DNA of 64,000 bases from Octopus sinensis (GCF_006345805.1 NC_043008.1:40486001-40550000), one strand, 5' to 3'. Shown: positions 1-15,107, counted from the first letter of the stretch. The notes: generated by a model not told the origin, from the letters alone. A program made the numbers and translations.

Positions 1-1828
1 TATGTGTGTGTCTGTGTGTTTATATCTGTAAAATTTGGTGTCACAAGTGCGAAGCCACACTTTATGTCGGTGCGGTTTAACTGTTTATATAGCTCGTAAT
101 TTAATACCATGCAGGTTATTGTTGAGACTCATTTGAAATGAACTTAGGGAACTGAATACCAAACGCAGACTGCTATCAATTATTTCAGCGCTTTAAAATA
201 TCTGTCAAAAGTACGTCAAAGAACTTCCGTAATTATTATTCCATTTCGAACTAAGCGATAATGAAATATATAATATTCGCCAGCTCCGACATTTGCTGAA
301 GAAAATATAAATACTCCATAAAATGCTGGAGAGAACTTAATATGTTATCAAGTAACCTCAGATCCAGTTCACAAGAATCTAATATTACACTCATGATAAT
401 TCTCAAAAGAATCCGAACTAACTTCAGCGCAATGATTAGTTTGTTTAGAAAGACTAGAAAATTACTAGCATTGTCTCTAGATTATATATTTTTTCTTACG
501 CAATATCTCATACACTAGTTATAGCGTGATGAGGTAGAATTTTCCTGAAGCTGATATTCGTCACCAGTTCGTATCCAATTTCAGTGGCGATAGTATAAAT
601 ACAGGGATGAATTTCGAAACATTCTTATATTAATGAAAATTATGTATCATTATTTTAGGTAACGTAAATAGATGGACACAACATGACACAGATGAACTGC
701 TTCAATGAAATACTTTTAATCGAAGAACAAATGAAGCATTGTCATATGAAATACAAAGAGGGTTTCTTTCAATAGAGGAATCTCTACTCAACAAAAAATA
801 TTCAGTTTGAACCACTCATGTATGATAAAATCTTTCTGTTCACTTTTTTATTATTTCGGTAGAGCACTACTAGTTATTGGAAGTTGCGTACCGTTAAAAT
901 CTTCATCTGAATCAATTTTCAGTGCACTGCTTGCTACCTGCATTGAGACTTGTATTCATAGTTCTCCTGGCAGAACCCTACAAAATACAAGATATACTTC
1001 ATAGCATTTAAACTAGATTAAAGTTATTGACATTTTGAACAACACAACACAAATTGGATATAGAATATGTTGCATTCAATTCATATTTTCTAAGTATATA
1101 CAACTCAAAGTACAGCACAGAAAAGTTAAAATTAACTAATTTGCGTTGGCACATATAAAGATCATTCATACATTAAACAAAGTAGTATATGAACATTTAT
1201 ATTGCTATGGCACAACACTGTTGCAGCAAAAGTAGTGAATGAATTATTCATAAAATGTATCGAATATTTAAAGTTTTCATGCCGTAACTTACTTATTAGT
1301 AGATGCAAATATAACAGAAAACAAAACACCCCCTCCCAACAGCGAATAACTTAATTTCTGTATGAGTTGAAACCCTGTACAGAATTATATACTAAATATA
1401 TTATTCAGTCTGACAACTATCAAGTGATTCAAACCAATGAACCCAAGGTAATTTATTTCCTGAATCATCAGTTGAAGAAGGAACGAAATTATCGCATTGA
1501 AAATCAGCACTGTTTATAATTTGCATCCATTAAACAAACTCCGTTTGCTATTTGGAGCAATTGTATGAAACTTTTGTAAACATTAGCCAGACATTATATA
1601 AAATATATGTTTAAATTGATTACCAAGATTGTTAATCTCAATGATTTATTTAGCATAATATTCTTACAAGCGTGATGATATACAATTAATTCATGCATGT
1701 GTGTACGTATGTAAGTCTGTATGTATGTGTGTATGTATTGTGTGTGTTGGTGTATATTATTTAATTTCGTATATACGTGTATCATTTTATCTCTCCCTCT
1801 CACTCTTTCTTTCTGACTCTCTCTCTCC

Positions 1829-2113
<285 letters not shown>

Positions 2114-3479
2114 AGATATATGAATGTTATTCTTAATCAAGGATGTTCTTGATAGTGACTTCGAAGTTTCGGTGACCTAAGCCGTTGTCGTACGATGACT
2201 AATAAATTCGTACTTCGTACAAGTTCAGAGTAACCTTCTCATATTAACGTACAATTGTTTTACTTGTAACTGAACAGAAAAACAATCATTAATATGTGTG
2301 TGCGTGTGTTTGTGTATGAGTGTGTGTGTGTGTGTGTTTGTGTGTGTGTTTATGTATATATATGTTTATATATATGTATATATATTTCTATATCGGTGCG
2401 TATGTGTGTGCATATCTATGTATACATACATATGCTATCGGCTTGTATGTGTGCAAAGATATAAATTGTATGGCTGTGGCTATCTATCTAATCAAATATA
2501 AGTACACACAATACATTCGAGCGTACAAGCATAAAATATACCAATTTGTAATTTTCATTATCCATATAATGTCCGCCATTTTATATCATTCTATTTCATT
2601 TAGATTTAATGTACCGTGTGGTTTCAAACTGTTTTCTCTTTTCAATTAATCTTTCATTAATTTACCATTTACACTATACTATATCAAACTCTATATTTAG
2701 TTTGACGGTAATTATTCTTCATGACTTTAACTTAACTACGATAAATAATATTGGAAATAACAATGGGCTAATAATAATGATAAATTTTTTTATAAGAACG
2801 ATGATGATGATGAAGAGGAGGAGGGGGAGGATGATGATGATGTTGATTATAATAATTATTACGATACTTTTAATGATAATAATAATGATAATGATAATTA
2901 TCATTATTATAAAATGTAATAAATATAATAGTTGTAGTATCGATATTATACATTTAATTTCTTAATTACCTCTTACTTGTCAAACTTTTTTAATGAAAGT
3001 ATATACAATTTTTGCTAATTTAACATTTGAATTGCAATTTAAAATTTATGAAAATATACTTATTGTACTTTGAGACCTCGCTTTGAAATCGTATCAATTA
3101 GCAATCTTCTTCAGTTATATATTGCAACATAGATATTTATTTCATCCAGCTGAAATAGAAATATTTTATTCGGTATTTGATTAGTATCACCTAGGAATTC
3201 AATGTAAAAATACACTTCGTCTATGTTTATTTTAAATATTTGAATACAGTAAAATGAGAGTGATTTATAGGGAAAAGACTGTAAGATTGAGCTGGTTGAA
3301 GAACATTTGTCGGAGGCAAGTTATCACCACATAAAGAAAAGGTGCGTAAAATATATATACTATAAGAGGGTGAATAGTTTATATCGATAATTACTCTTTG
3401 TAAGACGGTTGTTACTTAGAATAGAAAGACAGAATGTAGGAGATATGAGGCTGATTCAGGGAAAATGGGAAAATGAAAA

Positions 3480-4975
3480 TTGAGAGATATATTGGACAAC
3501 GGGAAAGAGCGAAACAAAGTAATCACCTATTCTATACGGATGAACAATAACTGCTTGCTGAAGACCACAAATAATTAGATTTCTTGAATGTTGTCAATGA
3601 ATTCGGCGCTGATACAAGTATGGAATTCCGACTTGATAAATGTGCAAAGGCTACCTTCAAGGCAGGGATGTTCATAAAGGCAGAAAGCATAGAATATACT
3701 ACCACAGCTATTCGAAACCTAGACTAATCCAAAGCATAAAATGTGATGGTATCCAAACCAATGAATGTGATAGTATCCAGCAATCAAAAATGAAAGAGAA
3801 AATCCGCAAGGAATGTCACCAAAAGGTAAGAATAGTCCTAAACCCAAAATTAAATACTGCTAACAGAATCAATGCGATCAATTCTTTGGCTATGCCAGTA
3901 TCATTAAATGGAGTCTCACTGACACGCAGAATATGGATGGAAAGATCCGTAAAACCCTTACAAGATACCCCATGCACCATCCAAAATCAGATGTAAACAG
4001 GACTTATATCCCAAGAAAAGTAGGTGGAAGGGGCCTGATATTGATCAAACAGGTTCAAATAGGCCTTGAAACGTACCTTAATACAATTGATTTGTTCTTA
4101 CGAACTGCACTGAAGCATGACGTTTCCATGCAAGTTTCAGCCATGAAGCTTGACTATGAATTTAAAGGAGTCTCTTGGCCAACAAGATAGCAAAAGAATG
4201 ACCAAAGACAACCAAATACTGACAGACCTACCATTGCTTATCCTGATTTAGAAATTAACAAGCAGAAAGACCAAATTGATCGAAATAGTGACAAACGTAT
4301 CATTTGAAGCAAAAACATCAAACAAAAACCAAAGAAGGCTTGCATGAATAATATCGAAGACAACCGGGAAGGTAAACTCCTGCATGGAAAATATCCAAAC
4401 TGCCTGTCCAAGCTAGATATCGATCAAAACCTATCACACCAATGTCTACAAGGGATTGGTCTGAAAGGAGGAAACAGAAGGTTTTGCTATTCAAGCAGAA
4501 AATTCACAAGGACAATTGATCATGGTTTTCTAGCTGCCCAGTCCTCGCTGAAAAGGAGTGCCTCATAAGACATGTCAGGGCTGTACATCCACTGGAATGC
4601 TTGTAAATGCTCCAACATTAAGTCCACGGTAAGTCGTACAGACACCATCCAGGGGATGTACTAAATGCCGAGGTCGTCACCATCCTTTGGAACTTCCCAA
4701 CACAAACAGAGAGAGCGACTCCCATTGACCAGTCATTGTAATCAAGATCCACAACAGGGACTTCTCTGTTAATAGATATGCCCCTCCCACAAAATCAAAA
4801 TGTCTCATGGAAGGAATACGAAAAGCTTTCTCACTTTAAAGATCTGAATATTGAAATCACAAAAATGTGGAAGCTTAATATTACAGTATTACTGGTAGTA
4901 CTTGGTGCGTTGGGAATGGGAGGGAGCTGGGAAGTAAACTAAGCAACTCCACGGTAACTTCAGTCTGCGTGAATT
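3480..4975 (+). mobile_element. Degraded Dong/R4-clade non-LTR retrotransposon (RT C-terminal part to REL endonuclease)
   Basis: Frameshifted translations: NHLFYTDE (YMDD-like), FGADTSMEFRLDKCAK, NRINAINSLAMPV, MHHPKSDVNRTYIPRKVGGRGL, LHGKYP, KEYEKLSHFKDLNIEITKMWKL, VVLGALG; all match recalled R4/Dong motifs. Confidence 0.85.
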
Positions 4976-4984
4976 AGAACGGGA

Positions 4985-5190
4985 AACCTGGATGAATCAG
5001 AGTGATTTGAAACCAGAAACGGAGGCTCTAATCTTTGCTTCCCAAGAGCAAGTGCTAAGAACAAACTACATCAAATACAGAATAGACAACACATCAAAAA
5101 ATGATAAGTGCAGAATCTGTGGAAAAAACGATGAAACCGAAGGGCATATTACCAGCCAATGTACACCACTAGACAAGAAGGAATATAAAC
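4985..5190 (+). mobile_element. Second Dong/R4-like fragment (CCHC zinc-knuckle region)
   Basis: LKPETEALIFASQEQVLRTNY...CRICGKNDETEGHITSQC...KEY in ORF 4992-5267. Confidence 0.85.
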
Positions 5191-6519
5191 TTCTCGGTCA
5201 CTCATGTAAATTCTCAGCGAACGTTGCTAAAGTTTCCTTTGGTAAAGTCTACCTTTTTTGTCACTAAATTTTATCATTCTGTTGTTTAATGATTAATCTG
5301 TTTCGCAATAAATATTGTTCTTATGTTCCACTTTTGAGAACAGCTGCCTGTTGGTTTAACCACTGTTTCCATTTAAAGCTTAACTTGAAGACGGAAATGC
5401 ATCTTGTGTTTCTTTCCTGTACGAATCTTCAATTTCCTAATGACACTTCAGGATTCCCTCTTCAATATGATTTCATATAACGTATATTGATAATACATTT
5501 CCCCAAGTAATTATGTTATGTCATATCTGATCTCTGTATTTCACTGTGCATTAGAATTGTTTAGAATTGAGCAGCTCATTACGTACTGATTATTGCTCGT
5601 TTCGTATTTACTAAATAATTATTTTTGTCATGTTTTGGTGTGTTACCGTCAATAGTAAAGTGCTTTCCAGTTTAGAAATTTCATCAGAACTCATATTCTC
5701 TTACCATTAAATCTGAATTTACAGAGTTTGAAAAGATAAGATAACAAACGTGTTGTGGTAGTGATAATTTTGTAATTTACATTGTCAATTTGAATTAACA
5801 GTCACGCAAATGTAACGTCTAATTCCTCGTAGCATGATAAACTAATCATATTTCAAGCTAAACATTATGGTAAGAAAAATACAGATATTGATTTATTACA
5901 TTTATAAAAGACCAGCACGTTACACTTCAGCATTTGAATCAATGGAATCGATTTCATTCAAGAGAAGACGCGTATTCTAGCGTGGACAATCTGTTGGCAA
6001 GCTAAGTTGAATCAGATTGAAGACTAATACAAATAAACTTGAAAAGAGCACGCAGAAAATTTAGAGGTGCCCTAAAATTTCAGACGTCGACTGCTCCTGC
6101 ACGTTTTAATGAATCATTGTTCTGTCTCATAATTTACCAAACTATCAGATGCTCTTCTATATAGGCAGTCATTCATCCATTGAATGTACATGTCACACTT
6201 CCATTCGTGTTAGAGTATTTCAACTAAGTCGTCCTCTCATCACCTTCGAGGACTTCAGAGTTGTATCTTGGCTACTGCGCTGGTTAAAATCCTCTCTGGC
6301 ATTATTTTTCCTTATGCCCTCATCTTTAAGATATAGAGTTTTCATTTTCTATGAACCAACATTTTAAAAATAATTTTGGATATATAGGACATCTAAGCGT
6401 GCCACTGCCAATCATTGACAATAGTTATACAAAAGATTAGCTTGAATTCAGAACTTGACTTCAATTGAGCATATAACCTTACCTGGAATGGTGACAGGCA
6501 AATCTGAACTGGGAAATGA

Positions 6520-6885
6520 GAAGGTTGCGCGCTGGTATAATCGTTACCGCGCCAGATAAATTGCATATCGTCTTTACATTTTGAGTACCAATTCCACTGA
6601 GGGTGAGTTTATATTTCATCCTTTCCTGATCACACAATATGAGCACTGGGGTAGATGTAATCAATTTACCCCGTCCCCCGCAATTTCAGTCCTATGCCTA
6701 TAGTAGAAAGGAATAGCAGTATATCCGTGGTCTCGTGCCAAAATTTGAAGCCAATATTTATATTTGCGGGAAGGTGGCGCGTTCAAATTATGCAGTTATT
6801 GACTTTGCCGTTCATTCTTTTGGGGTCGCGAAACTAAGTACCAGGAGAGTACTGGAGTCGACGAAATCGACTTATCCCCTCCTGC
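6520..6885 (+). mobile_element. Two degraded copies of SINE family M (central tttcatcctttcggggtcgataaattaagtaccag-type domain)
   Basis: Similar to the better copies at 7925-8350; the central domain resembles my recollection of the MetaSINE domain. Confidence 0.65.
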
Positions 6886-6944
6886 GAACTTGCTGTCCTT
6901 GAACGAAAATCTGAAATCGATATTAATATTTTTTTCTTTTTTGT

Positions 6945-7232
6945 TTATTCTCGAGCCACGCCTGGTTCATAAGGGGCCGGTTTCCCGGTATTCTTGGCGT
7001 ATAGGTTCCCTACCTGGACGGGACGCCGGTCTGTCGCAGGTGAGCTGTAACATGCAGGGAGAAAGAATAAGAGAAATTTGTGGCAAAAGTGTCAGCAGAA
7101 GTTCGCCATTACCTTCTGTCGGAGCCGCGTGGAACTTAGGTGTTTCGCTCATAAACACACACATCACCCGGGCTGAGATTCGAACCTGCAATACCTCAAC
7201 TGCGAGTCCGCTGCTCTAACCACTAGGCCATT
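6945..7232 (-). mobile_element. tRNA-derived SINE family V (head tggttagagcagcggactcgc...ggttcgaatc)
   Basis: A-box and B-box on the minus strand; second copy at 12815-13110. Confidence 0.88.
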
Positions 7233-7924
7233 AATATTTGGGGTAGTATGTGTAAAAGTAGAAAGATGGGGAAAGACAGCTGCAGTTGGTGGGGGGCAGT
7301 AACATTATTTGGAGAAGTCGAAAAAGGAAACAGTAAAACTCAGAATAATAGGGGAAAGAATATAGGCATCACGAACCTCAGCAATCATAACACCAACAAG
7401 GCAATAATGAAGAATTAAATACATCAACAACAATACAAGAAACAAAATCTAGAACGATTGTATTAATAGAAAACGATACAAAACAATCGAAATATGCCAC
7501 AATGAAATATGACACTAGATTTGATAGCTTTTATCTGAGTTTATTATCGAAAGATAATAAATTTTAAATAGTGACCAATACTGTTAGCGTAAGATAGCCA
7601 AGATGATTTATGCGGTCATTATTCAGTTTTAATTCTTAATGAAACTGTTTTAAGATAACCTATATATGTGGGCACATTTACACGTATTTGTAACAGAATT
7701 GATCGTTAGAAGATGGGCCTAATAGAACAGATAAAAAGAAATAAAATGACCAACAAAAAATAAATTTGCGGAAATACACAATGCCAGAATAAATTCTGGA
7801 ATATAAAAAGAAAAAGAACATGAAAATTGACTAGAACTGATCCTGTCAATTATCCTCCTTGTTTACCCCTCGTTTGGTGTTGAGTATGACAGCTTCGTAT
7901 TTATTTTTATTATTGCTACTGAAA

Positions 7925-8390
7925 TTAGGTCAGCCAGCTGGTAGAATCGTTAGCACGCCGGGCAGAATGGTTTGCGGTATTTGGTCCGTCTTCACATTGT
8001 GAGTTCAAATTCCTCCGGGCTCGACTGTGCTTTTGGGGGCCATTAAATAAGTATCAGTTACGCATTGGTGTCGATGTATACGACTTAATCTCTTCCCCTA
8101 AATTTGAGGCCTTGTGCTTCCATTGGCAATGATTATTACTACTGCCCTTAAGGTGGCGAGCTGGCAGAATCCTTAGCAAGCTGGACGAGATTCTTAGCGG
8201 TATTTCACCCGTCACTACGTTCTAAGGTACACTTTGCCATTCATCCTTTCGGCGTCGATAAATTAAGTATCAGTGAAACACTGGGGTCAATGCAACCGAC
8301 TAGGCACCACCCCCAAATTTTCAGGCTTTGTGCCTACAGTATGATTATTACTACTGTCCTTAAGGCGGCGAGCTGACAGAAGCGTCTTTA
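7925..8390 (+). mobile_element. Head-to-tail array of SINE family M (two near-full copies plus one head)
   Basis: Head ggcgagctggcagaatc-like at ~7935, 8155 and 8366; linker attattactactg(c/t)ccttaagg is repeated. Confidence 0.85.
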
Positions 8391-9488
8391 CTTCGGAGTC
8401 CAAATGAGAAAGCAATCATTATATTTCTATACACAAATATTCTATGGACGTTAACGTAAGATAGATGCTACTCGTCAGTCACCGCCGGTTGAATAATTTA
8501 TTTGATGGGAGAACTCGAAATTATACAAAAGAAAGCGAGAAATAAAAGGTTTATACTATATATTTTGATATACTATGAGATTACATAAATTTATGGTTTG
8601 CCTGACTAGCATGAATTAGCAACCAGAACTCACTCATAGTACAATCTGTTGTATTAATTTATGAAATAACATATTACAAAAATGTATCTGTACACACTTT
8701 TACAAATGATATGATATTCGAGACTGTATAGATAACTTTACCAGATGAGTATGCAGTCGCAGGCTACACAACAGTACAAAACAATTATGTGAAATGAAGC
8801 TACAACTGTATGTTAATAGGAGAGACTTGCCACGTTCTTTGATTTTGTTTAGCCACACATACTCCCCCATACCGAACAGAACAAATGCGAAAATTACATT
8901 AAAATTTAGTACAGCTGACAGTGTACCTCGGGGTAGATACTGCAATTCATGCTTTTTTATTTATTTTGTTCGGTTTGGAGCAAAATAGATTTAACTGCAC
9001 TGTCTCCCCCATGAAAGCGCCTGTGTTTCATCATGCACTTATTTCCATGCGTTTAATATTTCTATATCGTTACATGGAGGCTTCAATTTCCATGAAAGGA
9101 ATCTGTTGCGTCATTCATCAAACAGATTTTTCATTGAGTCCTCTATTTCACAAAAGTGAATCCCCTTATCACTCGGTTCCAAAAGTTAGTAATATGTTTC
9201 AGATTAACAAAGCTGTATCTATTGAAATCTCTGTTGCAGTGAATGTCACCACCAGTTTCGAAGATCAAATTCGGGTATAGATCACTCCCAGCGTATTTCA
9301 TGGAAGTAACATCTCTTTTTTTTTCTTTTACTACATATAACATTACGTATGAGAAAATTATCTACGGACGTCTTCGCCGCTTATTATTATAAGAGTATCA
9401 ATATGCTCTGAGTTTTTCATGTAATTCACACAAAGGAGATGGTGACTGCAACAAATATGCATTTCTATATTTACGAACTGAAGAATTA

Positions 9489-9645
9489 TGTACATTATTT
9501 ACATTATTTACATTCGAGAGATATTTGTGCTCATATTGTTTCTTGTTAACAAATCTTGTGTTTACATATCTTGTGTTAACAACAATCAAGATGAGGACAA
9601 ATATCCGTCGAATGTAAACAAGGTAAATAATGTAAATAATGCACA
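9489..9645. repeat. Imperfect inverted repeat (hairpin), ~65-bp arms
   Basis: The reverse complement of tgtacattatttacattatttacattcgagagatatttgtgctcatattg matches caagatgaggacaaatatccgtcgaatgtaaa...taaataatgtaaataatgcaca. Confidence 0.85.
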
Positions 9646-11004
9646 AATATGCAGTTAGGAACCATTGACAAGAAAAATATAAATTTCATATGTATTAAAA
9701 TATTTAAAGGTAGAAGTATTAAAACAACTCGGTAGAAATATTTCTGTGGTGAGAATTAACCGATATTACTCGATGAGTATTATAATATAGATAATCGCAA
9801 TACACGAGATAATCCCATCTATATTTTTATATTCTTATGAATACATTAGCTAACTGCATTGCAACTTCCGAGATATTAATCCGCGAATCATTAAACAAAT
9901 GCAGAATATTGTACACTGGCTGATGTCTGCCAGCACAATGTTTTAGCTGAAGACAATAATTAATTAGTTGTAACATTTAATGCAAGAGAACATGATAAAT
10001 AATTATGCAGGGGCGAATTAATTTCACATAGTTTGTAGAATATCGCAGTGTATTAAAAAGGAACCTGAAATCTAACCCAGAATTGTTTAGTATAAATGGA
10101 TGTTTGGAGAGTCAAGACTATTGAAAAGATTGCAAGACGCAAGGAATATTTTAGGAAAATAAAAATAAGAGATAAGTGTAAATTATAAAGCACAAAAAGA
10201 AAATGTCTCTCCCCAGACACAACAGAATATGCTTCAACACACGAACTCATATACAGAATCTTGGAAACCAAATCCAAAAACGAAATATTACAATTGAAGG
10301 TTTCCCTTGATACTAGCAATATTTTTGATTGAAATCAATTCTGAAAAATTACTGGGATGATATATTATCATGCAGCCAAATGCAATATTACCGATCTAAA
10401 TACATGTCCATTGCTTTGATTCACTTAGTGGAGCATCACTGATAAATTATATGTACCATTTGGTATAAATATGGAATATGGAAAACGGCATTTATTGCGT
10501 AAATGATTGCTAGCCCACTTTCATATTTATATAATGTTACTTCCAATGAAGTCTTCCAATTATAACTATAATCAAAATAATGGATACCAGCTCTAGATCA
10601 GAATGTTGACGGAAAGAACTTGAAATTTAGCTTAGCAGATACGGCCTAGCTTCGAAATTAAAAGTGAAATTCAAACCTAGTACCAGTAAAATTTAAATCG
10701 AGTGCCAGTGAAATTTTACCAGTAGAAAAAGAAAACAATTGTAACCCTCCCTAATAAGGTGGTGACTTAGAACATATATGAGAGATCAGACTCTTGATAT
10801 ATGAATGCGTAACAAAATATCCTTTTGCCAGGAGAAATAAAAATTATTCATAGTAACATAACGTATGGAACATCTGCATTATCAAATAAAGCTAAATTAG
10901 TGTTAAAATATCACTTGAAGAGAACAGTTCGAAAATATCACCCGACAATATATAGGATTTTATGCAGAAATATTACTTTAAAATTTTAGCAGAGGGCCAA
11001 CAGA

Positions 11005-11185
11005 TTCGGGGAGGGTATAAGCCCATTATATCCACACCAGTTTCCAACTGATGCTTATATGATCCCGAATGGAATGAAAAGAAAGCCGATCTCGGTGAAC
11101 TTTGAACTCAGAATGTAACAATAGACGAAATAAAGCTAAGCATTTTGCCCGGCGTGGAAACGATCCTGCCAGCTCACCGCCTTAT
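11005..11185 (-). mobile_element. SINE family M copy
   Basis: ctgccagctcaccgcctt is the reverse complement of the head; tttgaactcagaatgtaa is the reverse complement of the B-box region. Confidence 0.8.
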
Positions 11186-11894
11186 TTTATGCAGCTTTTA
11201 TTTCAAGATGAAGCTGATCTATAACCATTCAACTAGATTAAACAATGAAAACTCACGATTTGGCAAAATAAGGTGAGAAACACGTAGAATGCCTTTTGGT
11301 ATTTTTCTGAATCTCTTCACTCTAATTCTCAGGGTCCACCTTTCAATAATATTCTTAGGTAGTCGAAAGAATTCGCATCTTCTTCGATGAAGTGTTAGAA
11401 ATATAAAACAATGGAAAAGGTACAAGGAAATGGTGGGCTATGCTGTTCCGGATACTTGTGTTCTGAGTTCAAATCCTGTGAAAATATCCTCGGGTAGTAG
11501 AAATAATCCATCACCTAAGGTTAGATTACAATCTATCACTCAACAGTCTCGGAATGATTCGAGAGAGACATCCCCACAACGTTCCTTTCTGATTGAAAGA
11601 TATTACATAGGATTTCGCCATGATTGTTGTTTTATTAAAATAATGAAAGTTGACACGTTGCTGAAAGTCTTCAAACAGATTGTTGGTATTGTTTGATTTC
11701 ATTTGCAGCGTAGAACACATAAATATTCATTTGTTATGACAAATAAATGTTTTTTTTTATACCAATGGGAAATATCACATGCGTAAAATTATTTTCTTTA
11801 TTCTTCTTTTCCCTCTATCTCTCCGTCGGTTTGTGCATTTATATACTTCTTCTCCCCCTATGAAAATGTATATATGTACAAGTGTACAAACCCA

Positions 11895-11956
<62 letters not shown>

Positions 11957-12814
11957 TATTATATACATATGCCTTATATTTATATATACATTATATACAT
12001 ATGTATTATATATATATATATACATACATTATATATATATGCACTATATATATATTTATAAATACACACACATATATTTATATATACACACATTATGCAA
12101 ACGAAACGAATTTGCTGTCATCAACAAATATATCCTTATATTCATTTTCATCTTATTTTTATTGTAATTGGTAAAACCTGCCTACCATAGAAAACTGCGT
12201 ATTACATCAGCATGTAGGTTTTGCAATATTAGCAAGAGTTGATACACACACACACATGTGCACACACGCACACACACACGCACACACACACACGCACACA
12301 CACATATATATGTATATATATTCGTGTGCGATATTCGAGTTCTCTTGACATGGCATATATCTGCAGAGAATTACTTTGTATTTCTGTTCTTTTGCTAACA
12401 TAACAATATACTCAAAGAAATAATGCATGTAAAAATCACTGAATATTTGGAGCTATCTGCGAAATACATTAAGGTAGGCAGGGGACGCGTAGCAACAAAT
12501 GTTTGTCAAATCATTCTCGACACGAATCTTATAGGTATAAATATTATTGTTTCCAGAAAAGGACAGAATATGTATCATCGACGGAAACACTCTGCCATAA
12601 AAATCAATTTTACATTTGTTCCAATTTCGCCATGTATGATGTCGTTTAAGATATTTTTCTTGATTCGTAAATAATACAATGGAATGATCAGATTTGTGAT
12701 GCATGTCATGTACAAAAGTTTAGGTAAAATTAACTCGAGGCATTCTATAAAAAATTCAAAAATTGTACTAGTTTCAAATTTTAGCACAAGGCCAACAATT
12801 TTGGAGGAGGACTA

Positions 12815-13110
12815 AGTTCCTTCCTTCTCGAGCTATGCCTGGCCCATAGGTCCGATTTCCAGGTTTCCTTGGCGTATAGGTTCCCCACCAGGTCGGGACA
12901 CCGGTCTGTCGCAGCTGAGCTGCAGGATGCAGGAGGAAAGAGTGAGAGAAAGTTGTGGCGAAAGAATCAGCAGAAGTTCGCCATTACCTTCTGCCGGAGC
13001 TGCGTGGAGCTTTGGTGTTTCGCTCATAAACACACACATTGCTCGGTCTGAGATTGGAACCCGTGATACCTCGACCGCGAGTCTACTGCTCTAACCACTA
13101 GGTCATGTGT
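12815..13110 (-). mobile_element. tRNA-derived SINE family V
   Basis: Aligns by eye to 6945-7232 over its full length. Confidence 0.88.
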
Positions 13111-13114
13111 CACC

Positions 13115-13295
13115 ACAGGAGGGGTAGGTCGATGACTTCAATCTATGTGCTTAACTGATACTCATTTTATCGACACCGAGAGGAAAGGCAAAATCAACAT
13201 CAACAGAATTTGAACTTAGAAAGTAAAAATGGAAGAAATGCTTCTAAGCCTTGTTACTGGCGCGCTAATGATTCTGCCAGATCGCTGCCCTTCAA
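13115..13295 (-). mobile_element. SINE family M copy abutting the family V copy
   Basis: gattctgccagatcgctgccc head and ttttatcgacaccgagaggaaaggcaaaatcaac central domain, both reverse complemented. Confidence 0.8.
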
Positions 13296-15063
13296 AATTC
13301 TTTCATATTAAAAATCATTCATAGGAAATTGCTAAGTAATTAATAAAAAAGTTAAGAAAATCAGCACAAGAATTATTATCTAATCTTTTACACTGACAAT
13401 ATCTCTAATAACTGTCGTATTTGCTCTTCTTTTTAAACACAATTATTCATTGTCTTTAGCCTCTCACTTATTGTTGCGTACCACTTAGGAGATTTCCGCT
13501 AGCTGGATATATATACGCAGTTTCCATTCTCATTTACTTATTGTATTTATGTGGCCACACAATAGAACACTTTATTCGTATTCACTGTGTCATCTGAATT
13601 AAAGATTGTAATGAACCTTTAATATAATAACTTCAAATAAAATTAGTCACTTACTACACCAGCATTCATTTATGATTATTAATAATGCACAGAGTTCGTA
13701 GTTTCAAGAACATTGGTGTTAGATGAGAAAAAGTTTTTTATTTCGCAATAGAAACCTGAAGGAACGAATTCATGTTTTAACTCTATAAGCCAGTTTTAGC
13801 CTTGGTTAAATTCATTTTCGTAGATTTATTCATGTTGTTGTTGTTGTTGTTCTCATTTGAGTGCTACATACTCAGACCTATATTGAAAGACTTTCTGACC
13901 TTTAGTGTCATTAATTTTTGTATATACATCAATACAGAAAGTAAGTGATTTTATGGTATTAGTTTCTATTTCTGACAGGCAGGGACTGTAAGGCGCCTTC
14001 TCATTGGGTCGTTGACTGGCTTATGGTTATTCGCCATGTCACGTCAATTAAAGACTCTCTTTATTTAACCTTTACTACAATACTTTGGAATAAAATTAGT
14101 CACCAGCGTTCATTTATCTTTATTAATGATGAACAGAATATTTTCAAGTTGAATATAAACGAGTTATTAAAGGTGAAAGTTGCACATTGTTTCAACTAAA
14201 TATCATAAAATTTGTATCATAAATCATTTCACAAAATAAGTAAAATCACATTGTCTCGTTAATCAAATATGAAGGAATCTTTAACTATTAATTCAAATTA
14301 GACTTGTAATATATCATTAGCTTTAATTAACAAATGTTATCAAGAAAAGAAGGGAGAGGGAAGAATCTTATATATTAAAACGTGTTAATAATTGAATCGT
14401 ATGCTGATGCGAAAAACAACACTTTCACTCATTCCAGTCTCAGCATTATCTTAGGTAATTAATAAAATTTAAACGAACATTTACAGATATGACTGAAAAA
14501 CGAAAGTGATAACAGAATTATTGCCCCACAAGTATAATGTAGTATTGATAAGGATTGATAAGAACGTAAGCGTCATTATCTCCAGTCAGAATGTGTCATC
14601 AGCAATATTTTCCTGCAAAGTTTAAACGGTTACACATGATTTTCTTATGAACATTTGATATTTGAATGCTATTGAATTAACATGCATTAAATACTAGACG
14701 AAGCATCAATATGCAGATATTTAAAAATAATCTAAATGTTAAAGCTAGAAAATATTAAATTCACGATAATTTGACATTTATACATTAAACGTGTCACTTC
14801 TTATTGAAATGTAAACTTGAAGACAATTATTCGACAGCATTTTGAAAAGTCGCTTGAGCGCAAGGATAATAAGAATCGACGACGTTATTTTAAGTATTGT
14901 TTTTTAATTGTATATATAAGTGTACGTGCCTGTGCGCACGTGGGTGTGTCGGGATGTTATGTGTGTATACATGTGAACACATATTTATATACTCATGTAT
15001 AACATATGTAATGTGTACATGTACATATCTATACATACACTTGTGTAATATGTATCTAGCTAC

Positions 15064-15107
<44 letters not shown>

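Noticed and set aside
3070-3120. Minus-strand CTGAAGA with a plausible stem II
   Set aside because: CAAA in place of GAAA and no stem I pairing.
8440-8485. Minus-strand CTGACGA-GTAG...TTAC, an HHR-like half
   Set aside because: GTTA in place of GAAA and no stem I.
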